NCBI GenBank assembly: GCA_965216755.1
Contig: CBDCGL010000011.1
Location: 3,424,001 to 3,488,000, forward strand
Length of the DNA stretch: 64,000 nucleotides
Reading direction: 5' to 3'
Origin: Alphaproteobacteria bacterium
Lineage (GTDB): Bacteria; Pseudomonadota; Alphaproteobacteria; UBA7887
The notes below the pieces were generated by a model. The model was not told the origin of the DNA. It ran no database searches and saw nothing but the letters and a program-made list of their open reading frames with translations. This document shows positions 19,890-29,000 of the stretch, piece after piece (positions within the stretch are counted from its first letter, which is position 1; each line of letters starts with the position of its first letter). The translations under genes and the position numbers were made by a program.

Positions 19890-21059
19890 TCACGGCAAGG
19901 GGTGGGGCTGCTCTGCCAGGCTACGCAGATAGGCAATGACAGCCGCCCGATCTCCGGCGTCTTTGATGCCGGGAAAGGCCATTTTCGTGCCTTTGGCAAA
20001 ATCTCGCGGCGCGGCCAAAAACGCATCCAGCGCATCATAGGTCCAATCGCCACCGACCTCCATTAGCCCCTTCGAATATTTGAACCCTTCGATGGCGGCG
20101 ATCGGGCGGCCGACGATGTCCCACAGGGCGGGGCCGATCTTGCCGCTCTTAGCAGCATCGACACTGTGGCAGGCGACGCATTTCTTGGCGACTTTCTCGC
20201 CGGCCGCAATGTCGGCCGCCGCAACGGCAACCGCCACGCCGCCGCTCTCACCCTCCGCGGCCGGTTCCGACGCGGCCGGCTCTGATGCCGCGCGTTCCGA
20301 AGTCGCGGGTTCCGAAGTCGCTGGGGCTTCCGTTTCCGCGGACGTTTCGGGTTCGGGCGACGCGGTTGGTTCCGGTGTGTCTTGCGCCGCCTCGACCGCC
20401 GCGACCTCAGCCGGGGCGCTGTCAGGCTCCGTCGGTGCTTCGGTCTCCGTGATTTGCGGTGCTGCTGTCGGCTCGGGTAGCGGCGCCGGCGACGCGGAGA
20501 ACGATCGCAGATAGGCGATCACATTGGCGCGGTCCTGCGGGTCCTTGATTCCCGGAAACGCCATTTTCGTGCCTTTGGCAAACTGCTTCGGCGCCGCCAA
20601 AAATCCGTCCAGGGCTTGATAGGTCCAGTCGCCTACCAGTTCGTTCAACACGGTGGAATAGGAAAAGCCTTCGGTCGCGGCAACGTCACTGTCCACGATG
20701 TCCCAAAGGTTGGGGCCGACCTTTTGTGCGCCGCCTTCGTCGAAGCTATGGCACGCCACACACTTTTTCGCCGCCTTTTCGCCAGCGGCAATATCGGCAT
20801 CGGCCAAAAGCGCTAAAACGCCATCCGAACGCGCGGTCTCGCCGGCGGCTTCAGTGGTGCCCTCGGCCACGGCGTCGTCTGCCATGTCCGCGGGTTCGCC
20901 GTCAGGCGTGTGTTCGGCAGGTGCTCCGACCAAGAACACCGGTGTCTCAGGGCTATCATGGCGCGCGAAAATAAGGTCCGCGACAAATCCCAAGATCAAG
21001 GCAAACAAGGTTGCGCCCAAGATGGCGCCAACGATTTTGTTCAATTCGAAGGCAGACAT
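19890..21059 (-). CDS. cycM: Membrane-anchored cytochrome c (CycM/cy type) with two heme domains
   Basis: MSAFELNKIVGAIL anchor; two KKCVACHS heme motifs, each followed by GTKMAFPGIKD; Ala/Glu/Pro linker; divergent from kdsB. Confidence 0.85.
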   Translation of the reverse strand: MSAFELNKIVGAILGATLFALILGFVADLIFARHDSPETPVFLVGAPAEHTPDGEPADMADDAVAEGTTEAAGETARSDGVLALLADADIAAGEKAAKKCVACHSFDEGGAQKVGPNLWDIVDSDVAATEGFSYSTVLNELVGDWTYQALDGFLAAPKQFAKGTKMAFPGIKDPQDRANVIAYLRSFSASPAPLPEPTAAPQITETEAPTEPDSAPAEVAAVEAAQDTPEPTASPEPETSAETEAPATSEPATSERAASEPAASEPAAEGESGGVAVAVAAADIAAGEKVAKKCVACHSVDAAKSGKIGPALWDIVGRPIAAIEGFKYSKGLMEVGGDWTYDALDAFLAAPRDFAKGTKMAFPGIKDAGDRAAVIAYLRSLAEQPHPLP

Positions 21060-21175
21060 GACCGCTCCGGCACCGCGGTTGAGACGCGCGGAAGGTAGCG
21101 GCTTTCGCCGTGTCGGCGCAACACCTATAAAGGGCGGCAACCAGGTGGGCTCGTAATTTCGATTGCGTTAGGGCG

Positions 21176-21919
21176 ATGGACAAGTTTGGCAAGGTGATCA
21201 TTGTGATTCCGTCGCGGCTGGCGTCCCAGCGACTGCCCGATAAGCCGTTGTTGCCGGTCGGCGATCAACCCATGATCGTCCAAGTCTTGCGGCGCGCGGA
21301 AGAAGCTGCGGTCGGCCCGGTGTTGGTTGCGTGTGGTGACCAGGCCATCGCCGATGCCGTCCGCCGCGCGGGTGGCACCGCGGTGATGACGGCGCAGGAT
21401 TTGCCGTCCGGATCGGATCGGGTGTGGGCGGCCGTCTGCGCGGCCGACGCCGGCGGGGATCATGATCTCATCCTAAATCTACAGGGCGATTTGCCGACGA
21501 TCGCGCCCGACGCGGTACGCGCGGTTTTGCGACCCTTGGCGGACCCGGCGGTCGATGTGGCGACGTTGGCGAGTCCGATTGTCGAGGCCCATGAACGGAA
21601 TGACCCCAATGTGGTCAAGGTCGTGTACAGCCCCGGCCGAGTACCGGATGTCGGGCGGGCGCTTTACTTCACCCGTGCGACCGCACCCAGCGGCGACGGC
21701 CCGCTATATCACCATATTGGCATCTATGCCTATCGGCGCGCGGCACTCGAACGTTTTGTCGACTTGCCGCCGAGTCCGTTGGAATTGCGTGAGCGGCTGG
21801 AACAATTGCGGGCGCTCGAAGCGGGCATGCGCATCGATGTTGCGCTCACAGACCACGTGCCCTTGGGTGTCGACACGCCAGACGACCTGGCGCGCGCGCG
21901 CCGGCTGCTGGGTGCCTAG
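21176..21919 (+). CDS. kdsB: 3-deoxy-manno-octulosonate cytidylyltransferase
   Basis: [40 protein letters not shown]. Confidence 0.95.
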   Translation: MDKFGKVIIVIPSRLASQRLPDKPLLPVGDQPMIVQVLRRAEEAAVGPVLVACGDQAIADAVRRAGGTAVMTAQDLPSGSDRVWAAVCAADAGGDHDLILNLQGDLPTIAPDAVRAVLRPLADPAVDVATLASPIVEAHERNDPNVVKVVYSPGRVPDVGRALYFTRATAPSGDGPLYHHIGIYAYRRAALERFVDLPPSPLELRERLEQLRALEAGMRIDVALTDHVPLGVDTPDDLARARRLLGA

Positions 21920-21922
21920 GCG

Positions 21923-22831
21923 TTATTGGGCACGGCCACTGCCGTCGTCGCCCGCGGCAATTGCCGCTAGCCCTTCTCGGTAGCTGGGATAGATCAAATC
22001 GGTGATCAGCTCACCATGCATGCGCTGATTGTCAATGCGGCGGTCGTCGGCCCAAAATTCCCGCGCCATCGGCGACATCTCGGCATAGGCGTCGGCAAAC
22101 GGGATCAGCGGTGGCGGCGTCACCCCGAGCAGATCGCATGCCTGCGCGATCACGTCGGCTGACGGCGCGGGATGATCGTCGCAGATGTTGTAAATTCGGC
22201 CCGGGCACGGATGGGTCATCGATGCGATGACGGCGCGCGCCACGTCGGCGACATGAATGCGCGAAAAACAATGTCCGGGTTTGTCGAGCCGCCGGGCGCG
22301 ACCGGCGCGGACTTGGTCGATAGCGCTGCGCCCCAAGCCGTAAATCCCGGCCAAGCGAAAAATGTGCACGGGCAAACCGTGATCGTGCCACAGATCCAGC
22401 CAGGCTTGTTCGGCGGCGGCACGTCGTGTGCCGCGCGCGCTGCTTGGCGCAATGGTGGCGGTCTCGTTAACCAAGGCGCCGCCGCGATCGCCATAGACAC
22501 TGGTCGCCGACACATAACCGACCCAGGTCAATGCCGGCGCCCGCATGATCGCGTCGCGATGCGCGCGCAGCACCCGATCGCCGTCGGTGCCGGGCGGTAT
22601 GGTCACCAATAGCGACTCGACATCTTCGAGCCGTCGGTCAATGTCGGCGACCGGGTGATCGTCGCGGAATTCACAAACGCGCAACCCGGCGACCGGCGTC
22701 AAACGCTGTTGTGCGGCGACGTCCGCGCGGTCGCGCACCGTACCCGCCACGTGGCCACCGCGTGCGGCAACAACACGCGCCACAAATGCCCCGGTAAAGC
22801 CGAGACCGAAACAAAACAGATTGGCGGTCAT
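21923..22831 (-). CDS. NAD(P)-dependent atypical SDR oxidoreductase
   Basis: FGLGFTG, SATSVYGD, FRLAGIYG, FSRIHV.D, YPSYREGL. Confidence 0.85.
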   Translation of the reverse strand: MTANLFCFGLGFTGAFVARVVAARGGHVAGTVRDRADVAAQQRLTPVAGLRVCEFRDDHPVADIDRRLEDVESLLVTIPPGTDGDRVLRAHRDAIMRAPALTWVGYVSATSVYGDRGGALVNETATIAPSSARGTRRAAAEQAWLDLWHDHGLPVHIFRLAGIYGLGRSAIDQVRAGRARRLDKPGHCFSRIHVADVARAVIASMTHPCPGRIYNICDDHPAPSADVIAQACDLLGVTPPPLIPFADAYAEMSPMAREFWADDRRIDNQRMHGELITDLIYPSYREGLAAIAAGDDGSGRAQ

Positions 22832-22924
22832 GGCAGAGATCGCGCTTGCCATTGTTGCCGTGGCAGGCGATTGTGGTCGGGTTCCGGAGTGATCGGGATG
22901 GGGGGATTTGTCGCTGTCTTGAAC

Positions 22925-23701
22925 ATGATTGCCTGGGCACGAAGCTGGGGGTTCGTCATGGGGGGCGTGGCGGGCCTGTGCGGCGCCGTGTTATGGGGCA
23001 CGTATGCGGCGCATGCCGCTCCCCCCACCTATGATGATTGTGCCGCCCTGGTCAAGTCCGATCCCGAGGCGGCGCTCGCGCAAGCGGTTGTTTGGGCTGA
23101 AAAGGGCGGCGGCGGCGCGGCGCGCCACTGTCGCGGAATTGCACAGACGGCATTGGGACAGTTCGACGCCGCGGCGGAAATATTCGCGGCATTGGCAGAC
23201 GACTTGGAGGAAACCGCGCCGGCGGTCGCGGCGCGGCTCCATGCGCAAGCCGGAGATGCCTGGTTGCGCGCCGACAATGTCGCTGCCGCGTTGACGGCCC
23301 TCGACAAAGCCATCGATCAGGGTCCCGACGATTGGGGACCCTTGGTCAACCGTGCGCGCGCTCATGCCGAGGCAGATAACTATGTGGCGGCGCTGGATGA
23401 TCTCAACCGGGCGGTCAAATTGGCGCCGCTGCGCGACGATGTTTATGTGTTACGGGCGGCGGCGCATCGTCATGTTGGTTCCTTCGACCTGGCGGCGAAA
23501 GATCTGATGCTGGCTTTGCGGCTCAACCCACGCAATCCTGATGCCTTGGTCGAATTGGGGGCGGTCCGCCTGGCCCATGACGATGTCGCGGCCGCCAAAG
23601 ATGCCTTTGGGACGGCGATCTTGGTTGCTCCCGATGCGCCGGCCGCCTGGCTGGCACGCGAGTTTCTGGCCGCGTTGCGTCAAGACCACTCGTCTCGGTA
23701 A
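22925..23701 (+). CDS. Tetratricopeptide repeat protein, probably exported
   Basis: Hydrophobic N-terminus, GGGAARHC, several TPR-like helix pairs; start uncertain. Confidence 0.75.
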   Translation: MIAWARSWGFVMGGVAGLCGAVLWGTYAAHAAPPTYDDCAALVKSDPEAALAQAVVWAEKGGGGAARHCRGIAQTALGQFDAAAEIFAALADDLEETAPAVAARLHAQAGDAWLRADNVAAALTALDKAIDQGPDDWGPLVNRARAHAEADNYVAALDDLNRAVKLAPLRDDVYVLRAAAHRHVGSFDLAAKDLMLALRLNPRNPDALVELGAVRLAHDDVAAAKDAFGTAILVAPDAPAAWLAREFLAALRQDHSSR

Positions 23702-23709
23702 GGGCGCGA

Positions 23710-24837
23710 TCAGGCGCCGCCGCCCGCCCATTCGGCGCGCACATTGGGGTCGTGCTCGGTGACCAACGCCTCGACCGCAAGCGCGGCCACGGTGGCTTTG
23801 GGCAAGAGCCGGCCCACAGCCCACACGGCAGCCACACGCACCAGTGGCGCGGGGTCGTGCAAATGTGGCCGCGCGGCAGCCGCCAATTTCGGCGTCCCGC
23901 TATTGCCGATCGCGATCAGGACATTGCGGATGAAGCGGTCGCGGCCGATGCGCTTGATCGGCGATCCGGCGAAAAAATTGCGAAAAGCAGCGTCGTCCAG
24001 GCCGGCCAGGTCAGACAGCATGGGCGCGCGCATTTCGGCCCGCGCCACCAGTTTGGCATCGGTCGCGGCGGCGGCGAATTTATTCCATGGACAGACCGCC
24101 AGGCAATCATCGCAGCCATAAATTCGGTTGCCGATCAACGGTCGCAAGGGCCGTGGAATGTGACCCTTATGCTCAATGGTCAAATAGGAAATACAGCGCC
24201 GGGCATCGATTTCATGGGGGGCGGTGAAGGCCTCGGTCGGACAGATGTCCAGGCAGCGCGTGCATGTCCCGCAATGTTCGCCATGATCGCCGGCGTCGTT
24301 TGCGCCAAGGGGCAGCGTGGTCAGAATTTCGCCCAGAAACAGCCACGACCCATACGCCTTGGACACAAGATTGGTGTGTTTGCCCTGCCAGCCGATCCCG
24401 GCGGCCTGGGCCAGCGGTTTCTCCATCACCGGGGCGGTGTCGACAAACACTTTGACGTCGCAATCGAACTGCCGGTGCATCCAGCCGGCCAGCTGCTTGA
24501 GGCGGCCTTTGACCACATCGTGATAGTCGCGATGTCGCCCATAAACAGAGATCGCGGCCCGGTCCGTCCGTGCCAGAATCGCCAGCGGCTCGTCGTCGGG
24601 TCCGTAATTCACGCCGACGACAACGGCAGCCCGCGCGTCGGGCCACAGGCGTTGCGGATGGGCGCGCCGCGCCGCTGTGGCCGCCAGCCACGCCATGTCA
24701 CCGTGACGTCCATCGGCAACGAAAGCCGACAATGCCGCACGGCCATCCGGCACGGCGGCAATGTCGCAGAATGCGATGGCATCAAATCCCAGAGTCCGCG
24801 CGCGGGCGCGAATCAAACTGCGCGGGTCGTGGCTCAT
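23710..24837 (-). CDS. queG: tRNA epoxyqueuosine reductase
   Basis: DYHDVVK, FVDTAPVMEK, CGTCTRCLDICPT, RCISYLTIE, YGCDDCLAVCPWN. Confidence 0.95.
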   Translation of the reverse strand: MSHDPRSLIRARARTLGFDAIAFCDIAAVPDGRAALSAFVADGRHGDMAWLAATAARRAHPQRLWPDARAAVVVGVNYGPDDEPLAILARTDRAAISVYGRHRDYHDVVKGRLKQLAGWMHRQFDCDVKVFVDTAPVMEKPLAQAAGIGWQGKHTNLVSKAYGSWLFLGEILTTLPLGANDAGDHGEHCGTCTRCLDICPTEAFTAPHEIDARRCISYLTIEHKGHIPRPLRPLIGNRIYGCDDCLAVCPWNKFAAAATDAKLVARAEMRAPMLSDLAGLDDAAFRNFFAGSPIKRIGRDRFIRNVLIAIGNSGTPKLAAAARPHLHDPAPLVRVAAVWAVGRLLPKATVAALAVEALVTEHDPNVRAEWAGGGA

Positions 24838-24867
24838 CGACCGAACGCCGGCGCGGCGTGGTCCGTA

Positions 24868-25536
24868 TCAGAAATCCAAATCCACATAATGATGCGGGGG
24901 CGGCATCCCGGCGACGCGATCTTCCAGCAAGGGGCGGAAACTGGGCCGCGATTTCAACCGGCCGTACCAAATCCTGGCTTCACGATAGTCGTCCCAGGGC
25001 ACGTCGCCCAAATAGTCGAGAACCGAGAAGTGTGCGGCCGCGGCGAGATCGGCGTAGGAGAGATTGTCGCCCGCCAACCAGCGGCGACGTTCCGACAGGT
25101 AACAGACATAGTCCAGATGATAGCGAACGTTGCTGCGCGCCGCGCGAATGCGGTCGGTGTCGGGCACGCCGGCCGCCAGATAGCGTTTCATGATTTTCTC
25201 ATGGACCAACACATCGGTGGCTTCGGCCGACAGTTTGACGTGAAACCACGCCGCCAGGCGCCGCACCTCGGCGCGCGTTGCGGGATCCAAACCGATCAGG
25301 GCCGGGTCCGGACAGATGTCTTCCAAATACTCGATGATCACCGTGCCCCCGCAAACCGCGGCGCCATCGGGCTCCACCAACACGGGCACGTCGCAGGCCG
25401 GATTGAGTTGCAGAAACGGTTCGCGTCGTTCCCACACTTTTTCTAGCCGAAGCTCGAATTCAAGGCCCTTTTCAGTCAAGGCCAAGCGCGCTGTGCGTGC
25501 ATCCGACGACAGCGGTAAGTGATACAAAGTCCGCAT
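24868..25536 (-). CDS. fzlA: Glutathione S-transferase family, FtsZ-binding FzlA-like
   Basis: EKVWERR..FLQLNPA, LDYLGDVPW, LKSRPSFRPLL.D, PP.HY.DLDF; upstream of queG. Confidence 0.8.
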   Translation of the reverse strand: MRTLYHLPLSSDARTARLALTEKGLEFELRLEKVWERREPFLQLNPACDVPVLVEPDGAAVCGGTVIIEYLEDICPDPALIGLDPATRAEVRRLAAWFHVKLSAEATDVLVHEKIMKRYLAAGVPDTDRIRAARSNVRYHLDYVCYLSERRRWLAGDNLSYADLAAAAHFSVLDYLGDVPWDDYREARIWYGRLKSRPSFRPLLEDRVAGMPPPHHYVDLDF

Positions 25537-25640
25537 CGCCGCAGTCTAGAGCAGGGTCCGACAATAATGAACCATTCTGCCGGCGCGATTTGCGTTAAAG
25601 CCGAGCGGCCCGGCGGGTTCACGACCGGCGGGCACCCGCG

Positions 25641-25715
25641 ATGGGATTTCGTGTGGATGGCCACAATGGGATTTCATGTGGATGGCCACAATGGGATTTC
25701 ATGTGGATGGCCACA
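25641..25715. repeat. Tandem repeat, 3 x 25 bp
   Basis: ATGGGATTTC(G/A)TGTGGATGGCCACA three times with no spacers, one mismatch. Confidence 0.93.
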
Positions 25716-25795
25716 TTGTCGGGCGTTGCCCCAAGCCCGGAACCGACGGGAAATCGAAAAGAAATCGGGCAGCACTGTTGGGCCGGCGCGTGTGC

Positions 25796-25830
25796 AAAAA
25801 AAAGCCACGCCGGGCGAACCGTACGTGGCT
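25796..25830 (-). terminator. Intrinsic terminator
   Basis: Minus strand AGCCACG...CGTGGCT stem followed by U8. Confidence 0.8.
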
Positions 25831-25915
25831 GTGTCTTAAGGGACAGGTCGGTGGGCGATGGCCGACACCACGGTGGGGGAGGGGGAGGGCGATGGTGCCG
25901 GCCGAACAAAAAAAA
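25796..25915 (-). ncRNA. Candidate small RNA with C/U-rich anti-Shine-Dalgarno loop
   Basis: Hairpin GGCCGGCACCAT/GTGGTGTCGGCC with loop CGCCCUCCCCCUCCCCCACC, then a terminator; 5' end unknown. Confidence 0.45.
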
Positions 25916-26038
25916 GAGCTAAGCGCGTGTCCTTGCGATGATTGATCCAATGTCTGCAGCCTATCGATGGCACGCCGATGCAGCTGTGAATCGCTTCACA
26001 GTTCTGATCACGAATGCGTGAATAGCAGCATCGCCCGG

Positions 26039-29000
26039 TCAGGCGCTGGCGGTGGCGCGGCTTGCAGGTGCCAATGGGTGCTCCAAGCGATCGACCATTT
26101 CCAGCGGACATACCTGCCAAAACTTGGTCAGCGCGCGGTCCCAATCGTTGAGCATCACCTCGGCAAAATAGGAGCCGGTTTGTGCAACATGGTCGACAAC
26201 CATTTCTTTCAGCACATTTTCCCAATGCGGACTGGCGATGCGCTGATACACCACCGAGGCGGCGTTGACTCGGCCCGCAAAGCTTTCGTCGGCGTCAAAT
26301 ACAAATGCCATGCCGCCCGTCATGCCGGCGGCGAAATTGGTGCCAACTGGTCCCAAGATCGTCACGGTGCCGCCCGTCATATACTCGCAGCCATGGGCAC
26401 CGCAGCCTTCCACGACGGCAATCGCACCGGAATTCCGCACGGCAAATCGCTCACCGGCTTGGCCAGCGGCATAGAGGCGGCCGCTGATTGCGCCATATAG
26501 CACAGTGTTGCCGATGATGGTGTTTTCGTTGGAAATCAGCGGGCTGGCGGTGGTTGGCCGGACCACGATAACACCACCGGATAGACCCTTGCCGACGTAA
26601 TCGTTGGCGTCGCCAAACACCTCAAGCTTGAGGCCCTGCACTGCCCAAGCGCCAAGTGACTGGCCCGCCGATCCGCGCAACCGCACCGTGATGTGGCCCG
26701 GCTGCAATTTGTTCATGCCAAACCGACGCGTGATCTTTGACGACATCTTGGTGCCGATCGCGCGTTGGGTGTTCTGCACATTGTAGGCAAGCTGCATTTT
26801 TTCGCCGTCTTGGAACAGGGCGCGGGCATCCTTGATCATCTGCGCATCCAGGGTTTCCGGCACTTCATTGCGGCCTTCGAGCGCGAACACGCGGCCGAAC
26901 TCACCCGGATCGGCCTGTGTCAGAATCGGGTTCAGGTCGAGATCATCCAAATGCGCCGCGCCCCGGCTGACCTGATGCAACAGATCCGTGCGGCCAATCA
27001 CCTCGTCAAGAGAACGGGCGCCGATTGCCGACAGGATCTCGCGCACTTCCTCGGCGATGAAGCTAAACAGGTTGACCACCTTTTCCGGCGAGCCGACGAA
27101 CTTCTCGCGCAGCCGCGGGTTCTGGGTGCAAATGCCGACCGGGCAGGTATTGGAGTGGCATTGACGCACGATAATGCAGCCCATGGCGATAAGCGCCGCG
27201 GTGCCGATACCGTATTCGTCGGCGCCCAACATGGCCGCCATCACGACATCGCGTCCGGTCTTGAGACCGCCGTCAACCCGCAGCGCCACCCGATGACGCA
27301 GGCGATTCAAGGTCAGCACTTGGTTGACCTCGGCCAAACCGATTTCCCACGGCATGCCGGCATATTTGATACTGCTTTGTGGGCTGGCGCCGGTGCCACC
27401 GGAATGGCCGGAAATCAAAATGACATCGGCGTTGGCCTTGGCAACACCGGCGGCGATGGTGCCGATACCGGTGCGCGCCACCAGCTTGACGCACACCTTG
27501 GCGTCCGGATTGATTTGCTTCAGGTCGTAGATCAGCTGCGCCAAATCCTCGATCGAATAGATGTCGTGGTGTGGCGGCGGCGATATCAGCGTTACGCCGG
27601 GCGTCGAATGGCGCAGCCGGGCGATTTCGGCGGTCACTTTGTGGCCCGGCAACTGACCGCCCTCGCCTGGCTTGGCGCCCTGCGCCATCTTGATTTCGAT
27701 TTCTCGGCAGTTGTTCAAATATTCGGCGGTGACGCCAAAGCGACCGCTGGCAATTTGCTTGATCGCGCTGCAGGCATTGTCGCCGTTGGCATAGGGTTGA
27801 TAACGCTCAGGCCCCTCGCCGCCTTCGCCCGAATCCGATTTGGCACCGATCCGGTTCATGGCGATACTCAGGGTTTCATGGGCCTCCGGGCTCAGCGCGC
27901 CGAGCGAAATGCCGGGCGCGACCAAACGACGTCGAATATTGGTAATCGATTCGATGTCCTCAATCGGAATCGCGTCACCAGCTGACCGAAAGTCGAGCAA
28001 ATCACGGATATGAATCGGCGCTTGCTTATGCACGCCGTCGCTGAATTTACGAAACGTGGCAAACGAATCGGTGGCGACCGCGTGTTGCATCATATGCACG
28101 AGGGCGCCGCTGAAGGCGTGCGCTTCGCCACCCCGGCGAAAACGATAGATGCCGCCGACCGGCAATGTGATGATCGTCTCGTCAAAGGCGCGTTGATGCT
28201 GGCGGCAGACGGTTCGCTGCAAGCCGCCGATGCCAATGCCGGAAATGCGCGACGGCATGCCGGGAAAGAACTGGGCGACCAAAGTCCGCGATAAGCCCAA
28301 AGCCTCGAAATTATAGCCACCGCGGTAAGAGCTCAGTACCGATATGCCCATTTTCGACATGATCTTAAGCAAGCCCTGATCGACCGCGCTCTTGTAGCGC
28401 GCGATGGCTTCCGCCAGGGTCATCGTGCCAAACAGGCCGCGCCGATGGCGATCGGCGATGGTGTCCTGGGCCAAATAGGCGTTGACCGTGGTCGCGCCAA
28501 CCCCGATCAAAACGGCAAAATAATGCACGTCTAAGCATTCGCCGCTGCGTACATTGATCGACGTGAATGTGCGCAAGTCGTGGCGGACCAGATGCGAATG
28601 GACGCCGCCGGTGGCTAGGATCATCGGGATCGGTGCGCGCGTCGGGCCGACATTCTTGTCAGAAAGAACGAGATGTTCGCAGCCGCCGCGCACGGCCAGT
28701 TCGACTTCCTGCTGAATGCGGGCGATGGCCGTCGCCATGGCGTTGTCGCCGTCTTCGATGGAGAACGTGCAATCGATGTCTTGCGCCTTGCGCCCCATGC
28801 CTTTGCGCATGGCCGCGAAAGCGCCGTTCGACAACATCGGCGATTCCAGCTGCAGCAGGCGGGTTTGATCGCCTGATTGCGCCAGGATGTCGCCCAGATT
28901 GCCGAGCCGGGTTGTCAGCGTCATGACGCGCCGTTCGCGCAGCGAGTCGATGGGCGGATTGGTGACTTGGCTAAAGTTCTGGCGGAAAAAATGATGCAGA

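Noticed and set aside
23752-25446. 564-aa plus-strand ORF and similar long ORFs (e.g. 26765-27985, 28877-29884, 51130-52167)
   Set aside because: Antisense shadows of queG/fzlA, gltB and addA, typical of high-GC DNA; no recognisable motifs.
25641-25715. CRISPR array
   Set aside because: Units are directly adjacent with no spacers, and no cas genes are in the window.
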